64,000 nucleotides of DNA from Candidatus Peregrinibacteria bacterium (lineage in GTDB: Bacteria > Patescibacteriota > Gracilibacteria > UBA1369 > LOWO2-01-FULL-3). Each line of letters begins with the position of its first letter. The first letter of the stretch is position 1. Positions 63,901 to 64,000 of the stretch are shown piece after piece. The stretch spans positions 12,844 to 76,843 of the forward strand of contig JAPLYN010000006.1 in the NCBI GenBank assembly GCA_026395515.1. The letters run 5' to 3'. A program made the translations under genes and the position numbers. The notes beneath the pieces were generated by a model. That model did not search any database. It was not told where the DNA came from and saw nothing but the letters and a program-made list of their open reading frames with translations.

Positions 63901-64000
63901 CCAGCATAACTCATACCCATCTCATCTACAAAAGCCCCCGAATCAATCAAAACATTATATTCAGTAGAAGGATCGAGGGTCACAGATAAATCAATAGTTA
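60957..64000 (-). CDS. Giant surface protein (N-terminus beyond the window): tandem ~105-aa Ig-like repeats, GLUG-motif region, Calx-beta-like C-terminal domain
   Basis: The frame stays open upstream of the track GTG at 63983 (..TIDLSVTLDPSTEY..). At least 7 repeats follow the pattern ..PPSV..L.P.D.ATGVS....L...F.ENV......I.V...G.......LDYST.Y.V..D.GAF.D..GNP.AGI.DSTTWNF.T. GGL[LI]GY / GGFVG[YN]N motifs follow, then VDYAVTGGTATGSGADYTLASGTATIAAGETS. Confidence 0.85.
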   Translation of the reverse strand, partial: TIDLSVTLDPSTEYNVLIDSGAFVDEMGMSYAGISDSTTWNFTTVTPDVTAPSITTLTPLDNATGVSPNTNLTINFDENVVAVAGKYIVVKQGGTVVESVDVTNGSKVTVTGASVEVNLATTLDWTTGYNILIDAGAFTDAALNPIAGISSATDWNFTTATPPVVATLSPTDGATGVSAGSNLVVTFDKNVNAVAGKFLYVKRIADDTTFESVAVDGIKVSILNAIVVIDLNSNLDYSTGYYVTMDAGAFEDTFGNPFAGIASSTTWNFATGAAPDVTPPSVSTLLPADEATGVSRTTDLTLTFTENVTPIAAKYITVMQGGSTIQSSEATNGAVVVVADNVVTMHLAAPLDYSTSYHVLVDVGAFEDGSGNPFAGIADSTTWNFDTGAAPDVTPPSVTSITPADNATGVSITTGLTVVFDENVIAVGGKNMYVMNGGTTVATIAVDGGSVSVLGGTVAVTLPSSLAYSTAYHMIIDSGAFTDASSNPITGIADSTTWNFTTLDDPTPPDSTPPSVSSFSPLDNATGVSPAATLTINFGENVSAVADKHIYVMQGESVFQTITATNTDDVSISGSTVILHMGSLLDYTTEYHVLMDVGTFEDAAHNPYAGIADATTWSFTVVTPVSISTCTELQAISENLAGHYILTGDVDCQTDTHAGGALWNGGLGFEPLGTVNPGVQFTGTFNGQKYAVKNLFINRPAANGVGLFGGLGDGGLIIYTGVQNANITGDNGVGGLLGYSGSGANVYFSYSTGTVTGLADYDGGLIGYNDTGAFVGGSYSTANVSGASYVGGFVGYNKSSTNGGVSSSYSSGNVVGTSGGVGGFVGNNEGTVGNSYSLGTVSGGSAKGFCGANTGTVSASGWDTETSGRGDSDGGVAKTTLEMKTGSTFTDAGWDFSSIWNIGTSTNNGYPYFRWVEFPNVGFSTTSASGLESVTSVNLPLTLSSSFPWSVTVDYAVTGGTATGSGADYTLASGTATIAAGETSVNVLLTVVNGKNPWLSNINEMIFGKKTVN

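Noticed and set aside
1-64000. Search for CRISPR arrays, rRNA genes, transposases, integrases, IS ends, prophage genes and known defence-system genes.
   Set aside because: I saw no short regularly spaced direct repeats, no rRNA-like conserved blocks and no ORF with transposase, integrase or recombinase motifs. The only interspersed non-coding (intergenic) repeat family seen is the 36541/39263 pair reported above.

Overview
An AT-rich bacterial window. Roughly the first 20 kb is a nearly complete S10-spc-alpha ribosomal supercluster: tuf, rpsJ through rplO, secY, adk, map, infA, rpmJ, rpsM/K/D, rpoA, rplQ, rplM and rpsI. It lacks rpmD (L30), carries several extended r-proteins and shows almost no Shine-Dalgarno signals. 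I read that combination as CPR/Patescibacteria-like, which is an inference and not a database result. The remainder holds housekeeping and biosynthetic islands: a P-type ATPase, trmD, a catalytically degenerate ATPase paralog and rsmA; a minus-strand pyrBCDKE-X-F operon; an orphan carA; argGH; mntH/mntR; a thr operon; sod; lemA/DUF2207; uvrB; suhB; tRNA-Arg(GCG); an HD-domain protein; and a giant repeat-rich surface protein that runs off the 3' edge. I saw no rRNA, CRISPR array, transposase or integrase.

The strongest unexplained signal is a pair of diverged ~490-bp direct repeats (36541-37025 and 39263-39756). Each starts right after a stop codon, and together they bracket a 706-aa coiled-coil gene upstream of a DnaQ-DinG-like gene. 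Each copy carries a near-consensus minus-strand promoter, a 5' stem-loop, GC-rich helices with compensatory or G-U-compatible differences between the copies, and an intrinsic terminator. This makes them a candidate ~380-nt structured ncRNA of unknown family. Each copy also supplies a shared divergent upstream region to the gene that follows it.

Other notable items:
- An Arg-codon-rich leader peptide and attenuator lies upstream of argGH.
- A classical Thr/Ile leader attenuator precedes an N-terminally truncated thrA. That gene is followed by a P-loop kinase sitting where thrB should be, a possible non-orthologous homoserine kinase.
- An NlpC/P60-like gene is embedded in the pyr operon and shares an uncharacterised domain with a neighbouring beta-lactamase-fold protein.
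- Terminator/promoter structures lie in the S10 leader and in the rpsJ-rplC spacer.

All coordinates and structures were derived by eye from the sequence. No searches or folding programs were run.
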